From an uncultured Actinomycetes bacterium (lineage in GTDB: Bacteria; Actinomycetota; Actinomycetes; Streptosporangiales; Streptosporangiaceae), in NCBI GenBank assembly GCA_963840195.1, contig CAWIYD010000015.1:8112-72111 (forward strand): a DNA stretch of 64,000 nucleotides. Reading direction: 5' to 3'. Both the position numbers and the translations under genes were made by a program. Each line of letters starts with the position of its first letter. Position 1 is the first letter of the stretch. Under the pieces are notes generated by a model. The model saw nothing but the letters and a program-made list of their open reading frames with translations. It was not told where the DNA came from and searched no databases. This document shows positions 1 through 11,142 of the stretch, in pieces.

Positions 1-39
1 CCACCCGGCCGCCGCCGGGCAGGCCGGACGGGACCAGCC

Positions 40-810
40 ATGACCGCGATGACCCTGACCCTGTCCCAGGTGCGTTACGTCAACAAGGCCTTCTGGCGCA
101 ACCCGGCCTCGGCCTTCTTCTCGTTCGCGTTCCCGCTCATCTTCCTGGTGATCTTCACGTCGCTGCTCGGGCATTTCACCGTCCGCATCGGCGCCCGCAC
201 GATCAACTACTCGACGTATTACGTGGCGGCCATGGCCGCCTTCGCGGTGATCACCGTCTGCTACAACAACATCGCCATCGGCATAACGACCCAGCGGGAT
301 ACCGGGGTGCTGAAGCGGGTCAACGGGACGCCGCTGCCGAGCGTCTCGTTCCTGGCCGCCCGGATGCTGCACGCGCTGCTGGTGGCGGTGCTGCTGGTGG
401 CCATCACCGCCGGGTTCGGCCGGGCGTTCTACGGCGCCGCCATCCCGTCCGGGATGTCGCTGCTGCGGCTGCTGGCCGTGCTGACGGTGGGGGCCGCGGC
501 GTTCTGCGCGCTCGGCCTCGCGGTGACCGCGGCGATTCCCAACTCCGACGCCGCGGCCGCGATCGTGAACATCACGATCCTGCCGCTGCTGTTCCTGTCC
601 GGGATCTTCATCCCGCTCGGCAACAACGCGCCATCATGGATCATCTGGGTGGCGCGGGTGTTCCCGGTCAAGCACTTCGCGGACGGGATGCGGGCGGGCT
701 TCCTCGGCACCAGCTTCGACTGGGTCAACCTGCTGGTGGTCGCCGCATGGGGCGCCGCGGGGCTGCTGCTGGCGGTGCGCTTCTTCCGCTGGGAGCCGCG
801 GATCGGCTGA
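40..810 (+). CDS. ABC-2 type transporter permease (DrrB-like)
   Basis: Intact 256-aa ORF with multiple hydrophobic helices. The N-terminus ...VRYVNKAFWRNPASAFFSFAFPLIFLVIF is typical of ABC-2 permeases. The ATG at 40 overlaps a TGA (41-43) that closes an ORF entering from upstream of the window (ATGA coupling, presumably the cognate ATPase). Confidence 0.85.
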   Translation: MTAMTLTLSQVRYVNKAFWRNPASAFFSFAFPLIFLVIFTSLLGHFTVRIGARTINYSTYYVAAMAAFAVITVCYNNIAIGITTQRDTGVLKRVNGTPLPSVSFLAARMLHALLVAVLLVAITAGFGRAFYGAAIPSGMSLLRLLAVLTVGAAAFCALGLAVTAAIPNSDAAAAIVNITILPLLFLSGIFIPLGNNAPSWIIWVARVFPVKHFADGMRAGFLGTSFDWVNLLVVAAWGAAGLLLAVRFFRWEPRIG

Positions 811-920
811 CCGGACGGTCCAGCTGGCCAGCAGCTGGAGTGCCTCCTCGGACGGGCTGCCCGGCTCGACGGTGGGCAGGCCCAGTACCTGGTCGGGATC
901 GGCGGCCGGGGTGAACGCGG

Positions 921-1160
921 TCAGCTGGCGGGCTCGTCCTCAGGCACGTCGAACTCGCCGTCCTGGACGCCGAGCGTGAACGCTTCCCACTCGGCCGGGG
1001 TGAAGTAGAGGGTGGGACCGTCCGGGTCCTTGGAGTCGCGCATGGCGATCACGTAGTCGCTGCCCTCCTTGGAGCCGGGCACGATCTTGACCTCCACGCA
1101 CGCCCCGCCGTTCCCACCACTGTAGGAGGACTTTCGCCAGGCGGCGCCGGTCAGGTCCAT
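921..1160 (-). CDS. DUF397 domain-containing protein
   Basis: Internal ATG at 1160 gives MDLTGAAWRKSSYSGGNGGACVEVKIV...AMRDSKDPDGPTLYFTPAEWEAF. The SYSGGNGGxCVEV signature is diagnostic of DUF397. The longer 144-aa ORF upstream of this Met is Arg/Pro/Trp-rich junk. Confidence 0.85.
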   Translation of the reverse strand: MDLTGAAWRKSSYSGGNGGACVEVKIVPGSKEGSDYVIAMRDSKDPDGPTLYFTPAEWEAFTLGVQDGEFDVPEDEPAS

Positions 1161-1501
1161 TGTTCGATCGCCTTCCTCGCCAATTGGATCGAGGCGCCCG
1201 GGGACAGCGCCTCTGCTTCCAGTATGTCGTACCGGAAGCGGCCCGGGCCAGCTCCGCAGGACCCTCCACGACCGGCCCGGCCAGGGCGTTGTCCAGGTAA
1301 GCCACGTCCGGCGCCCCGTCCAAGCTGGCGATGGCAAGGCGGCCATCGAGCCCATGATGCGCCCCGGACGGCCAGGTCCGGAAGCGGCCGGTCCACGCCT
1401 TCCGCCCGGTACTCGCCGGGATTGGCGCGCTCCCCCGCCTGCCGCCGGGCTTCTCCTAGCATCCTGCTGATCTTCAGCCTGCTACCAGGGGGACAAGACA
1501 T
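1151..1501 (-). pseudogene. remnant of Scr1/DUF5753-type HTH regulator (usual upstream partner of DUF397)
   Basis: Two minus frames carry consecutive pieces of a DUF5753-like C-terminus: ...DVAYLDNALAGPVVEGPAEL... and ...RYDILEAEALSPGASIQLARKAIEQWT*. The stop lies 10 nt inside the DUF397 start. No intact HTH N-terminus is recoverable. Confidence 0.4.
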
Positions 1502-3416
1502 GCTGAAGCGGCGGGGGCGGCCGGGTTACGCAGCGGGGCTTGCCGCGGCCATGATGCTGGGCGCGGCCGGCCTGGCCGGGCGGCCGGCCCGGCCGCGGCC
1601 GCCACGGCCCCGGCATCAGTCGGGGCTGCGCCGCGGCTCCCTGCCGGGGCCCGGGTCATCGGCCCGGAGCCGGGCCCGGCCCTCCTGCACGTCACCGTGG
1701 CGCTCCGGCCCGCCGATCCGGGCGGCCTGGAGCGGCTGGCGGCGCAGGCCGCCACGCCCGGTACCCGGGCGTTCCGCCACTTCCTCCGCCCGGGGCAGGT
1801 GCGGGACCGGTTCGGCCCGCGGCCGGGCGCCGCGGCCGCGGTCGGCTCCTGGCTGCGCAGCCAGCACCTGAGCACCGGCCCGGCCTCCGGTGACGGGCTG
1901 CTGCTGCCGGTCTCCGGGCCGGCCACCCGGATCGAGGCCGCGTTCCGTACGGCCATCGACGAGGTACGCCTGCCCGGCGGCCGGACCGCGCGGGTCAACC
2001 GGCAGGCACCCCGGGTCCCCGCCCCCCTGCACCGCTGGATCTCGGCCGTCATCGGCCTGGACAACCTGTACCTGCCCCAGCCTGCCCTGGCGCGCGGGGC
2101 CGGCCCGGGCCCGCAGGCCTGCCGCGCGGCCCGCGCTACCCCGCACGTGTACCCGGCCGCCGCGCTGGCCCGGGCCTACCAGTTCGGCCCGCTGTACCGG
2201 CGGGGCGACCTCGGCCAGCACGTCACCGTCGCCCTGTTCGAACTGGCCGACTACGCGGACAGCGACATCGCGGCGTACACCCGGTGCTACGGGGTAGACC
2301 CGTCCGTCCGCCGGGTGCGGGTCAACGGGGGCACCACGGTCGCAGCCAATCCCGGGGGACGGTGGAGGAGACCGCCGATATCGAGGTCGTCGCGGCCTTC
2401 GCCCCGGCCGCCAGCATCGTCGCCTACCAGGCGCCGGTGTCAGGCGGCCTCGAGTCCTACGTGGACAACTACGGGGCCATCGTCCAGCAGGACCGCGCCC
2501 AGGTGGTCAGCAGTTCCTGGGGCTACTGCGAGCCGGTGATCCCGCAGTCCATGCTGCGCGTCGAGGCGCAGTTGTTCCAGGAGATGGCCCTCCAGGGCCA
2601 GTCAATGATGGCGGCCGCGGGGGACGCCGGCTCCGAGGACTGCCTGCGCGTGCTGGGCATCGTGCCGTCCCGGCTCGCCTACAGCCTTAGGTGGGTGATC
2701 CGGCCAGCCAGCCGTTCGTGACCGCCATCGGGGGCACGGCCATCACCCGCTACGGCTCCCCGCCGGGCGAATCGGCGTGGGACCAGACCCCGGGCGGGAA
2801 CGGTTATCCAGCCCCGTTCGATGGGCAGGCGGGGCGGCCAGCCGGCTACCCGGGCAACGAGGTGGGCAGCGGCGGGATCTCCCGGAGGTGGTGGATGCCG
2901 CCCTGGCAGGCCGGCTTCGACCGCAGCGGGAACGCCAGCGGCGCTCCGTGCGGCGCCCCGGCCGGCACTGACTGCCGTGAGGTCCCGGACGTGTCAGCGC
3001 TGGCCGCCGCCGGAGGCCCGGAGACCCGTGGCTACGTCATCTACGGCACGGCGGGCGGCTTCCACGGCGCCGGCTGGGTGACAGCCGGCGGCACCAGCCT
3101 GGCCAGCCCGCTGTGGGCCGCCCTGGCCGCGCTGGCCGACCAGCAGGCCGCGGGCGGCCGGCTCGGCCTGCTGTCCCCCAGCCTGTACGCCATCGACCGG
3201 CGGGATCCGCGCGCCCTCACCGACGTGACGGCCGGCACCAATGACTACCTCGCGGCGGGCGGCCATCCCTCCCACGACACCTGCACGTACGGCGGAGTGC
3301 CCCGGCAGCCCTGTTACCGGGCCACCCGGGGCTATGACATGACCACCGGGCTGGGCACCCCGCGGGCGGCCACCCTGATCAGCGACCTGATCCACGAGCG
3401 CAGCGGCGTCGCCTGA
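1500..3416 (+). pseudogene. S53 family serine peptidase (sedolisin / pro-kumamolisin-like), reading frame broken at least 3 times
   Basis: Signal-peptide-like start MLKRRGRPGYAAGLAAAMMLGAAGLAG (ATG 1500). A pro-domain piece follows (frame of 1697), then catalytic-domain pieces in the frames of 2284 and 2691. Motifs include ...EETADIEVVAAFAPAA..., ...SSSWGYCE..., ...AAAGDAGSEDC... and the Ser-nucleophile motif GGTSLASPLWAAL. Pieces are colinear but in frames 0, 2, 1, 0. Confidence 0.8.
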
Positions 3417-3641
3417 CCCCGCATCGCCACCGGGCCCAGCCGGGATGATCTTGAGTCGGGAGGCGGGCCTTTCCCGTGTCCCCCGCCGGCCGTGACCGGT
3501 GCCGGCGGTCCGCACATTGCTGGTGCTGTGCCTGGCCTGGGCGCCGGGGAGGCTGGGCGGCGGGCCCTGAGCGCGGCCGAGGTGCCAACAGCATGCGCGG
3601 ATGACGCCGTCCACCAGCGTGAGCTGCCGTAGCATCCGCAG

Positions 3642-3997
3642 ATGGTCACCGAAGACGACGTTCGCCAGGTCGCGCTGTCTTTGCCCGAGACCGCCGAGAA
3701 GCCTTACAACCGGCTCCCCGCCTTCCGGGTGCGCGGCAAGCTGTTCATCCGCATTCACGAGCTACCGGATGCAATGTTCGTGCGCTGCGCCGGCCTGGAA
3801 GAACGCAACGGACTGCTCGAAGCTAGCCGGCGAAATTTTTCATCACGCCTCATTACGACGGCTACCCGGGGGTCCTGGTCCGGCTCAGCCAGGTCAACCT
3901 CGAAGAGGTAACCGAGCTCGTCACCGAGTCCTGGCGGCTCGTCGCCCCCAAACGGCTGCTCGCCGCATACGACGCGGAGCACCCGCCCCCACCGTGA
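3642..3997 (+). pseudogene. MmcQ/YjbR family DNA-binding protein, one frameshift
   Basis: N-terminal part MVTEDDVRQVALSLPETAEKPYNRLPAFRVRGKLFIRIHE... is in the frame of 3642. The C-terminal part ...KFFITPHYDGYPGVLVRLSQVNLEEVTELVTESWRLVAPKRLL...* is in another frame from about 3835, ending at TGA 3995-3997. Confidence 0.7.
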
Positions 3998-4021
3998 CCC
4001 GCGGGGACCCGCGGCCGTGGC

Positions 4022-4642
4022 TCACTCGAACCCGGACGCGTCTCCCGCCCCGCGCCGCAGGATCTCCGGCTTGTCCTGGGAGAAGTCGATGACGGTGGTG
4101 GGCTCGGTGCCGCAGTCGCCGGAGTCGATCACCGCGTCGAGGACGTGGCCGAGTTGGTCGTCGATCTCCCACCCCTGGGTCATGGGCTCGTCCTGGCCGG
4201 GCAGCAGCAAGGTGGTGGAGACGAGCGGCTCACCGAGTTCGGCGACCAGTGCCCGGGCAACTGCGTGGCGGGGGATCCGCACCCCGACGGTCTTCTTCCC
4301 CGGGTGCTGCAGCCGGCGCGGCACCTCCTTGGTCGCGGGCAGGATGAAGGTATAGGCACCCGGGGTGGCTGCCTTGATGGCCCGGAACACCGGTTTGGCG
4401 ACGTACACGAACTGGCCGAGCTGGGCGAAGTCCTGGCACACCAGCGTGAGGTGATGCCGGTCATCCAGGTGGCGGATCGCCCTGATCCTGGTGATCCCGC
4501 CGGTGTTGCCAAGCTGGCAGCCGAGCGCATAGCAGGAGTCCGTCGGGTAGGCGATCACGCCGCCCGCGCGGACGATGTCGGCGACCTGGATGATCACGCG
4601 CCGCTGCGGGCTAGCTGGATGAATGTCGAAGTACCTGCCCAT
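4022..4642 (-). CDS. yciO: YciO/TsaC (YrdC-domain) family protein, L-threonylcarbamoyladenylate synthase-like
   Basis: Intact 206-aa ORF. It is colinear with the E. coli YciO pattern as I remember it (FxIHPxxPQxRxIxQ..IVRxGGVIxYPTDSxYALGC ... TPGxYTFILxxTKEVPRRL ... LGEPxxSTxLxLPG ... PTTVID). Confidence 0.9.
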   Translation of the reverse strand: MGRYFDIHPASPQRRVIIQVADIVRAGGVIAYPTDSCYALGCQLGNTGGITRIRAIRHLDDRHHLTLVCQDFAQLGQFVYVAKPVFRAIKAATPGAYTFILPATKEVPRRLQHPGKKTVGVRIPRHAVARALVAELGEPLVSTTLLLPGQDEPMTQGWEIDDQLGHVLDAVIDSGDCGTEPTTVIDFSQDKPEILRRGAGDASGFE

Positions 4643-4741
4643 GCGACGAGCTTAGGGGTCACCGTTCCCCGCCGCCGGGTCACCGCGCACTGCGCCGATC
4701 ATGCGGGTGCCTGGGCGCACGGCGCGGTCTTCGGGAAGGGC

Positions 4742-5426
4742 CTACTCGCCAGCCGGGTCGCGGGCTCCGCGCAGCGTGGTGAGCGCGACCCCGACGGTGA
4801 ACACCAGCCCGGCGCAGATCGCCGCGCCCAGGTCGTGCGGCGGCCGGGCGGGCCAGAGCCACGGCGTGGTCAGCGCCGGGCGGTGCCACTGGGTGTACAA
4901 GCGCGTACGCGCCCGGCATCAGGTAGGCGGCCGGGCCGGCCCAGGCCAGCCCGCCGCCGAGCGTGGCGGCGCACAGCAGGCCGATGCCGGTCATCCCGGC
5001 CACGTTGCGCAGCACGTCCAGGGTGCCGCCGGCCAGGTGGGCGCCGGTGCCGGCGGCGGCCAGCGCGCCGACCGCCGCCGCGGTCAGCGCCAGCGTGGCG
5101 GCCAGCCGCAGGCATGGCAGCCACCGGCCGGTGACGCGTTCCGGCTCGCCGAGCGGGCTGGCCGTGGTGACGGCGATGACGGCCGCGGCCGCGGTCTCGA
5201 ACACCAGCGGCAGCTGCAGTGCGCCGTAGGCGTCCCAGTGCCCGATGAGCGCGATCCTCAGCCCGACGGCGCAGGCCGCTATCGCGATCACGGCGGCCGG
5301 GACCCGCCGGCTGGTGGCGTACAGCCGCACCAGGCGCATTCCCGCCCGGGCCGTGCCCGGGCGGCCGCGGCGCACGCGGTCCTGGCTGCCGCGGCGGCGC
5401 GCCGTGCGCGTCTCGCCGGCGGTCAT
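4742..5426 (-). pseudogene. integral membrane protein (last gene of the ABC set), one frameshift
   Basis: ATG at 5426 overlaps the stop of the upstream ORF (ATGA). Hydrophobic body ...VPAAVIAIAACAVGLRIALIGHW...LTAAAVGALAAAG...GIGLLCAATLGGGLAWAGPAAYL. The C-terminal helices continue in another frame to TAG 4742-4744. No family assignment. Confidence 0.5.
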
Positions 5427-7025
5427 GGCAGCTGGGCCAGGCTGATGCGGCCGGCCCGCAGCGCGGCCAGGTGCCGCGCCAGCCAGGCGTGCCGGACGGC
5501 AGCTGGCAGCGCGGCGAATCGCTGGGCGGCGGCGTAGCCGGGCGAGCCGGGGGCCAGCCCGGGCCGGGCTCGGTCCCGCCACCGCCAGGGTCGGCTGCAT
5601 CCCGGCACTGGGCGCGCGCCGCGGCACCCCGTGCCGCGGGCCGCCGCCGGGGCAGCCGCGAGCGGGGCAGGTACCGCGGCACCACGCGGGCCGCCAGCAG
5701 CAGCGCGGTCATGACCGCGTGCTGCGCCTGGGATGCGCCGGGACCGGCGCCGAGTGACGCTGGCCACGATGCCGGGCCCGGCGCTCGACCGTACCTGGCC
5801 GGCCAGTTCGCTGGTGGTCATCGGCGGGCCTGTCACCTGGACGGGGAGGAGCACGCGGAACACCGGCGGCGCCGCCGCTGAGGCCGGGCCGGCCAGGCCG
5901 ATGCTGACGCTGTTGCCGGGTCCCTGCCGGTAGGTCGCGGCGGCCTGGCTGATGCGGGCCGGGGCGCCGGGCAGGCCGGCGACCTCGCTGAGCATCGGGC
6001 GCGAGCGCGGCCGCGATGGCGGGCAGGTAGCTGGCGTAGGCGGGGTTCAGGCAGACCGGGATCGGCGGTGTGGCTGCAGACCGGGGTGTAGCGGAGCGGC
6101 CGGTCGCTGGCCGCGTCATGCAGGGCGGGGATGGCGATCATGCCGTGGGCGTCCAGCCGGCCGGTGCCGGCCAGCGCCGACGGCGGTCCCGGCCGCCAGC
6201 AGCCCGGCCGCGGTGATGGCCGCGGCGGCCCGGCGCGAGCCACCGCCCGCCGGCACCGGTGGGCAGGGCCAGGGCGCCCAGCACCGCCATGCGTGAGCCC
6301 GGCGAGGAACATCACCTGGGCGATGGGCAGGTCGGGCAGGTAGGGGTAGAAGGTGGCCGCGCCCGGATCGGGCCCGATATCCCAGGGGTCGGCGACCACC
6401 GGCGAGACCTGCCAGTACGACTGGCTGCCGACGATCAGCTGGGTGCTGAGCGCGAGCACGAAGAACGCGGCGATCGCGACCAGCGGGGCGGTGAACCGGC
6501 CGGGAACCAGCGCCCCGGCCGCGAACCCGAGCGCGGACAACGCGGGCAGGCTCGCGGCGGCGACCGCCGCGGGCCACCACAGCGGGCCGCCCCAGGTGGC
6601 CTGGTGCGCGGTCATCCCGTACAGGACGGCCACGCAGGCCAGGTAAGCCCACCAGCGCCCAGCAGGTGGTGGCGGCCCAGGTGGCCAGCAGGCGGGCCCA
6701 CCGCGGCCGGGCGGTGACGCCCACCAGGTCGGTGACGTGGCGGCGGGCTTCCCGCGACCCCATCCAGGCGGCCGCGCCAGCCACCGGGCATGCGAAGGTC
6801 ACCACGGCGCCGGTCTGCATGCTGGTGGCGCGCACGTTCCACAGGGGCGGCATGGCCATGGCCTTGCGGTAGGCGGTCAGCCAGAACAGCGCGATGGCCA
6901 CCGGCAGCAGCCACAGCATGGCGCTATGGCGCAGCTCCAGGCGCAGCAGCCGGGCCGCCGCCAGCCAGGGCCGGCGCTGCGGCCGGGCGGGCCCGGGCAC
7001 CGGCCGGTGCGCTGCTGGCGGTCAT
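5423..7025 (-). pseudogene. large ABC-associated membrane/permease-like protein, at least 3 frameshifts
   Basis: Colinear hydrophobic pieces in three minus frames (ORFs 6116-7000, 5833-6633, 5423-5995), e.g. ...LWLLPVAIALFWLTAYRKA..., ...APLVAIAAFFVLALSTQLIVGSQSYWQVSPV.... It lies directly downstream of the ABC ATPase (stop/start overlap at 7022-7025). Start is either 7025 (ATG, wrong frame) or 7000 (GTG). Confidence 0.5.
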
Positions 7026-7772
7026 GACCGTGCCGCCGCGAGGACCGCGCTGTAGCCGCGCTCCAGCGGCGCGTCGCCGCTGCCGTGCCCCTGGCCGCGG
7101 GCGATCAGGTCGCCGGGCGTGCCGTGAAAGACGATCTTCCCGGCGTCCATCAGCGCGACCTGGGCGCAGGCGGCGCCGACATCCTCGACCAGGTGCGTGC
7201 TGACCACGACGGTGGCGCGCTGGCCGAGTTCGCGCAGCAGGGCGCGGAACGCCACCCGCTGCTCCGGGTCCAGCCCGGCGGTCGGCTCGTCAAGCAGCAG
7301 CAGTTCCGGCTCATTGACGATCGCCTGCGCGATCCCCGCCCGGCGCAGCATCCCGCCGGACAGGGTGCGCAGCCTCGCCTTCGCCTGGCCGCCGAGCTCG
7401 ACCCGCTCGACGCGCCGCCGCCACCGCGGCCGGGATCCGCGCCGCGGGCACCTCCTTCAGCAGCGCGAAGTACTCCACGAACTCGGCCACCGTGAAGCCC
7501 GGGTAATAGCCGAGGCTGCTGCGGCAGGTAGCCGAGCCGGCGCCGGATCTCGCGCCGCGGCTGGCCGGAGCGGGGATCGGCGGCCGAAGCAGCCGCACCC
7601 GGCCCGAGGTCGGCGGGACCGCCGTGGCCATCACCCGCAGCAGCGAGGTCTTGCCCGCACCGTTCGGGCCCAGCAGCCCGAACACCCCCGGGCCGGCCTG
7701 CAGGTCCACCCCGGCCACCGCCATGGTCCGGCCGAAACGCCGGGTCAGGCCGGTGATCTCAACGTTCATCAT
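7022..7772 (-). pseudogene. ABC transporter ATP-binding protein, at least 3 frameshifts
   Basis: Walker A GPNGAGKTSLL is in the frame of 7772. The expected segment DPRSGQPRREIRRRLGYLPQQP reads only in a third frame. ...PGFTVAEFVEYFALLK returns to the first frame. The signature/Walker B part ...LRRAGIAQAIVNEPELLLLDEPTAGLD... is in ORF 7022-7351. Confidence 0.8.
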
Positions 7773-8006
7773 GATGCGCCTTCGTAGTCAGGCGGCCGGA
7801 TACCGCGCTTAGCGTGCCGGAAGCACCCCGCCTCAAGGCTGCCCGGCGGGCCGGAGCCGGGTCGTCACGCCACGGAGCGCGAATCCGCGGTCATACCAGG
7901 CAGGCAGCCCGGGCCGCCCGCGGCCCGGGCTGATACCTGGGTATGACACCGCTGGTGTGATGAGCTGCGCGGGCGCGGCGCCCTACGCCTGAGGTCGTGA
8001 ATCCGG

Positions 8007-9318
8007 ATGCCCGGCAGCGCACCCGCGGCCAGCGTGCGAGCGGCGGCACGCCCGGCCGCGCAGCCGGGCGCGGCATGGGCTCGTCCAGGTGCTGGCCGGC
8101 GCCGAGCCGGCGCCGGCGTGGCGGTGGCGCTCGCCGCAGGAGCGCCGGGCCGCCTACGCCAGCGCTGGTCATGGCCACGCTGGCGCTGTGCCTCATCAAC
8201 GCGGGCACCGTGCTCGGGGTGGCCAGCCTGCACGGGCCCCCGGTACCGTCAAGCCGCCCAGCTGCCGCCCGGCCTGGGGCAGCGGCTGCTGGCCGTGGCG
8301 GTGGTGGCGCCGCTGCCGCTGGCGGCCCGGTATCCCGATGCTGGCCTGGCGGATCGGGTGGCTCGCGCTGCTGCTGGCCCCGCTGGTCCCGGCTGCCTGG
8401 TGGGGCGGCTGGCCGTGGGGCCCGCCCCAGATCCTCGCCTGCTGGCGGCGTTCTGCCTGGCCGGGATCCGCCAGCCGCGGCCGGAGCTGTGGTGGATGTG
8501 GGCGCTGAGCCTCATCCCGTGGTGGCTGTGGCTCGCCGCCGACATGCCGGACCTGAACGGCCCGGCCAGCGCCACCGTCGTCTTCACCGCCGCGGCGATC
8601 GCGGTGGACAGCATCGGTTCCCGGCTGCGCGCCCAGCGCGCGCTGGCCGCCCAGACCGAGCGGGCCGAGATGGAGCGGGCGCGGCGGGCCGTGCTGGAGG
8701 AGCGCACCCGCATCGCGCGGGAACTGCATGACGTGGTCGCCCATCACATGTCGCTGATCGCGGTCCGGGCGGAGACCGCGCCCTACCGGCTCCCGGGCCT
8801 GCCCGAGCCGGTCCGGGCCGAGTTCGGCTGCGCTGAGCGAGGTGGCCCGCGAGGCGCTGGCGGAGATGCGGCGGCTGCTCGGCGTGCTGCGCCACGACCA
8901 GCCCGCCGCGCTGGCGCCGCAGCCCCAGCTCGCAGACCTGCCCGACGCTCGTCGACGCCGCCCGGCGAGGCCGGGGTGCCGGTCGAGCTGTCCGTGCCCC
9001 CCGCGCTGGGCCAGGTGCCTGCCGGCGTCGGCGTATGCGCGTACCGGATCGTGCAGGAATCGCTGTCCAACGCCAGCCAGCACGCCCCCGGAGCCGCCGT
9101 CACCGTGTCGGTGGACCACGACGCCGGCGCGGTCCTGCTGCGGGTGGCCAACGGGCCCGGCCGGCCCGCCGGCCCGCCGCGACGAGCGCGGGCCCGGTCA
9201 CGGGCTGACCGGGATGCGCGAGCGGGTGGCGCTGCTCGGCGGCTCGCTGTCGGCCGGCCCGGCGCCCGGCGGCGGCTTCGTGGTGTCGGCGGTGCTCCCG
9301 CTCGCCGGGACGGCATGA
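8007..9318 (+). pseudogene. sensor histidine kinase (HisKA_3 + HATPase_c), multiple frameshifts
   Basis: H-box ERTRIARELHDVVAHHMSLI, then ...AREALAEMRRLLGVLR (other frame), then N-box region ...YRIVQESLSNASQHAPGA..., then G-boxes ...GHGLTGMRERVALLGGSLSAGP... (other frame). TM helices of the N-terminus are spread over three frames, so the 5' boundary is uncertain. Confidence 0.75.
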
Positions 9319-9345
9319 CCGCCGGTGCCGCCCCGCGCGGGCGGC

Positions 9346-10059
<714 letters not shown>

Positions 10060-10104
10060 GCTAACCGCACACCTTGAATGGCATACCAGGCGGCGTTCCC
10101 GGCA

Positions 10105-10449
10105 TTAGCGGCCAGGGGTCGCAAGGTGTACCGGGCATGCCGCGTTGTAGTGCTTCAAGGTCAGTCTTCCCCGGGAATACGCCCACGAGCAGGTACAGCA
10201 ATTAGGTACGTGGTCAGAAGTTATCAGCTCGGCAGGCACGCCGCTGCGCCGCTCGGCGCGACCGGGCTGGTACGGCAGCGGCTGCCCGACGAGGGCAAGA
10301 TCAGTCCCCTCGGTCCTGGCTTCCTGGACAGCCCCGTCAGCGAGCGCCAGCCACTCCCGCGGCCTGGCATCTGCTGGGGACGGGACTGGTGCCCGTCGTT
10401 TGACGCGCACCCTGGCTCCGGGGATTTTGTCACTCGCCCGGCTGTCCAT
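10105..10449 (-). CDS. hypothetical protein with C-terminal Cys/His cluster (CCTCSW...CPVH)
   Basis: Internal ATG at 10449 of ORF 10105-10926 gives 114 aa ending ...DHVPNCCTCSWAYSRGRLTLKHYNAACPVHLATPGR. It sits in a visibly lower-GC stretch. No family recognised. The upstream part of the long ORF is antisense to the PNPOx gene. Confidence 0.3.
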   Translation of the reverse strand: MDSRASDKIPGARVRVKRRAPVPSPADARPREWLALADGAVQEARTEGTDLALVGQPLPYQPGRAERRSGVPAELITSDHVPNCCTCSWAYSRGRLTLKHYNAACPVHLATPGR

Positions 10450-10495
10450 GTCATCCAGAATATCCGCTGAGCGGGAGCGGGTAATTCTCCAGGGA

Positions 10496-10951
10496 TTACT
10501 CGCGCTCGATCCTGCGCAACCCATGCGCAGGGGTCCACCACTCAACGACGAGCATCGTGGCCTTCTCATTGAGGTGCGTGTGCACGACCTCGGCGATGTC
10601 GGCATGGAAGCGGTCGCCGTCGGATCCCTTGGTGAGTGGCCCGGCATAGACCGCCCGCCCAGAGATCTTCGCCTCACCCGGCCACCGCGCTTCCGCGCCC
10701 TCGACCGGGTCGATCGTGGCGCTGTGCAGTGCGAACCGCGGGTCCCGGCCCAGGTCCGCGCCCTTGCGCGCGTTCGGCATCGAGCCGAAGGCGAGCTCGC
10801 CGTCCTCGAAGACCACCTCGATCCCGGAGATACGCGGCGACCCGTCGGCTCGCAAGGTGGCAATTGTCTTGTGTTTGCGCCCGTCGAAGAGCCCCCGCAC
10901 GCGCTGCGCGAACTCAGGTTCCGCACGCTCGACGTCCAGCCACGCCGTCAT
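10496..10951 (-). CDS. pyridoxamine 5'-phosphate oxidase family protein
   Basis: Intact 151-aa ORF. The pattern ...GRKHKTIATLRADGSPRISGIEVVFEDGELAFGSMPNARKGADLGRDPRFALH... is typical of small actinobacterial PNPOx/F420-binding split-barrel proteins. Confidence 0.8.
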   Translation of the reverse strand: MTAWLDVERAEPEFAQRVRGLFDGRKHKTIATLRADGSPRISGIEVVFEDGELAFGSMPNARKGADLGRDPRFALHSATIDPVEGAEARWPGEAKISGRAVYAGPLTKGSDGDRFHADIAEVVHTHLNEKATMLVVEWWTPAHGLRRIERE

Positions 10952-11142
10952 GCGCCCAATATCTCACAGGCAGGCCAGGCCCTCCGGCTCAAGGACCGGC
11001 CGGTCAGCCTGCCAAGATCCTTATCAGGATCACCCGCATATCATGCTGATCCGGACGTCCAACAAGCCGGGCGAACTCAGGAGCGGGCCACGATTTCCGG
11101 CACGCTCCGCGGCTCCACCCGCCAGGCGGGCAGGATCTTCAC

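Noticed and set aside
1224-1871. 215-aa plus-strand ORF as an independent gene
   Set aside because: Only its short segment starting at ATG 1500 (the signal-peptide-like MLKRRGRPGYAAGLAAAMMLGAAG) is meaningful, and it belongs to the frame-broken S53 protease. The rest is Pro/Arg-rich read-through.
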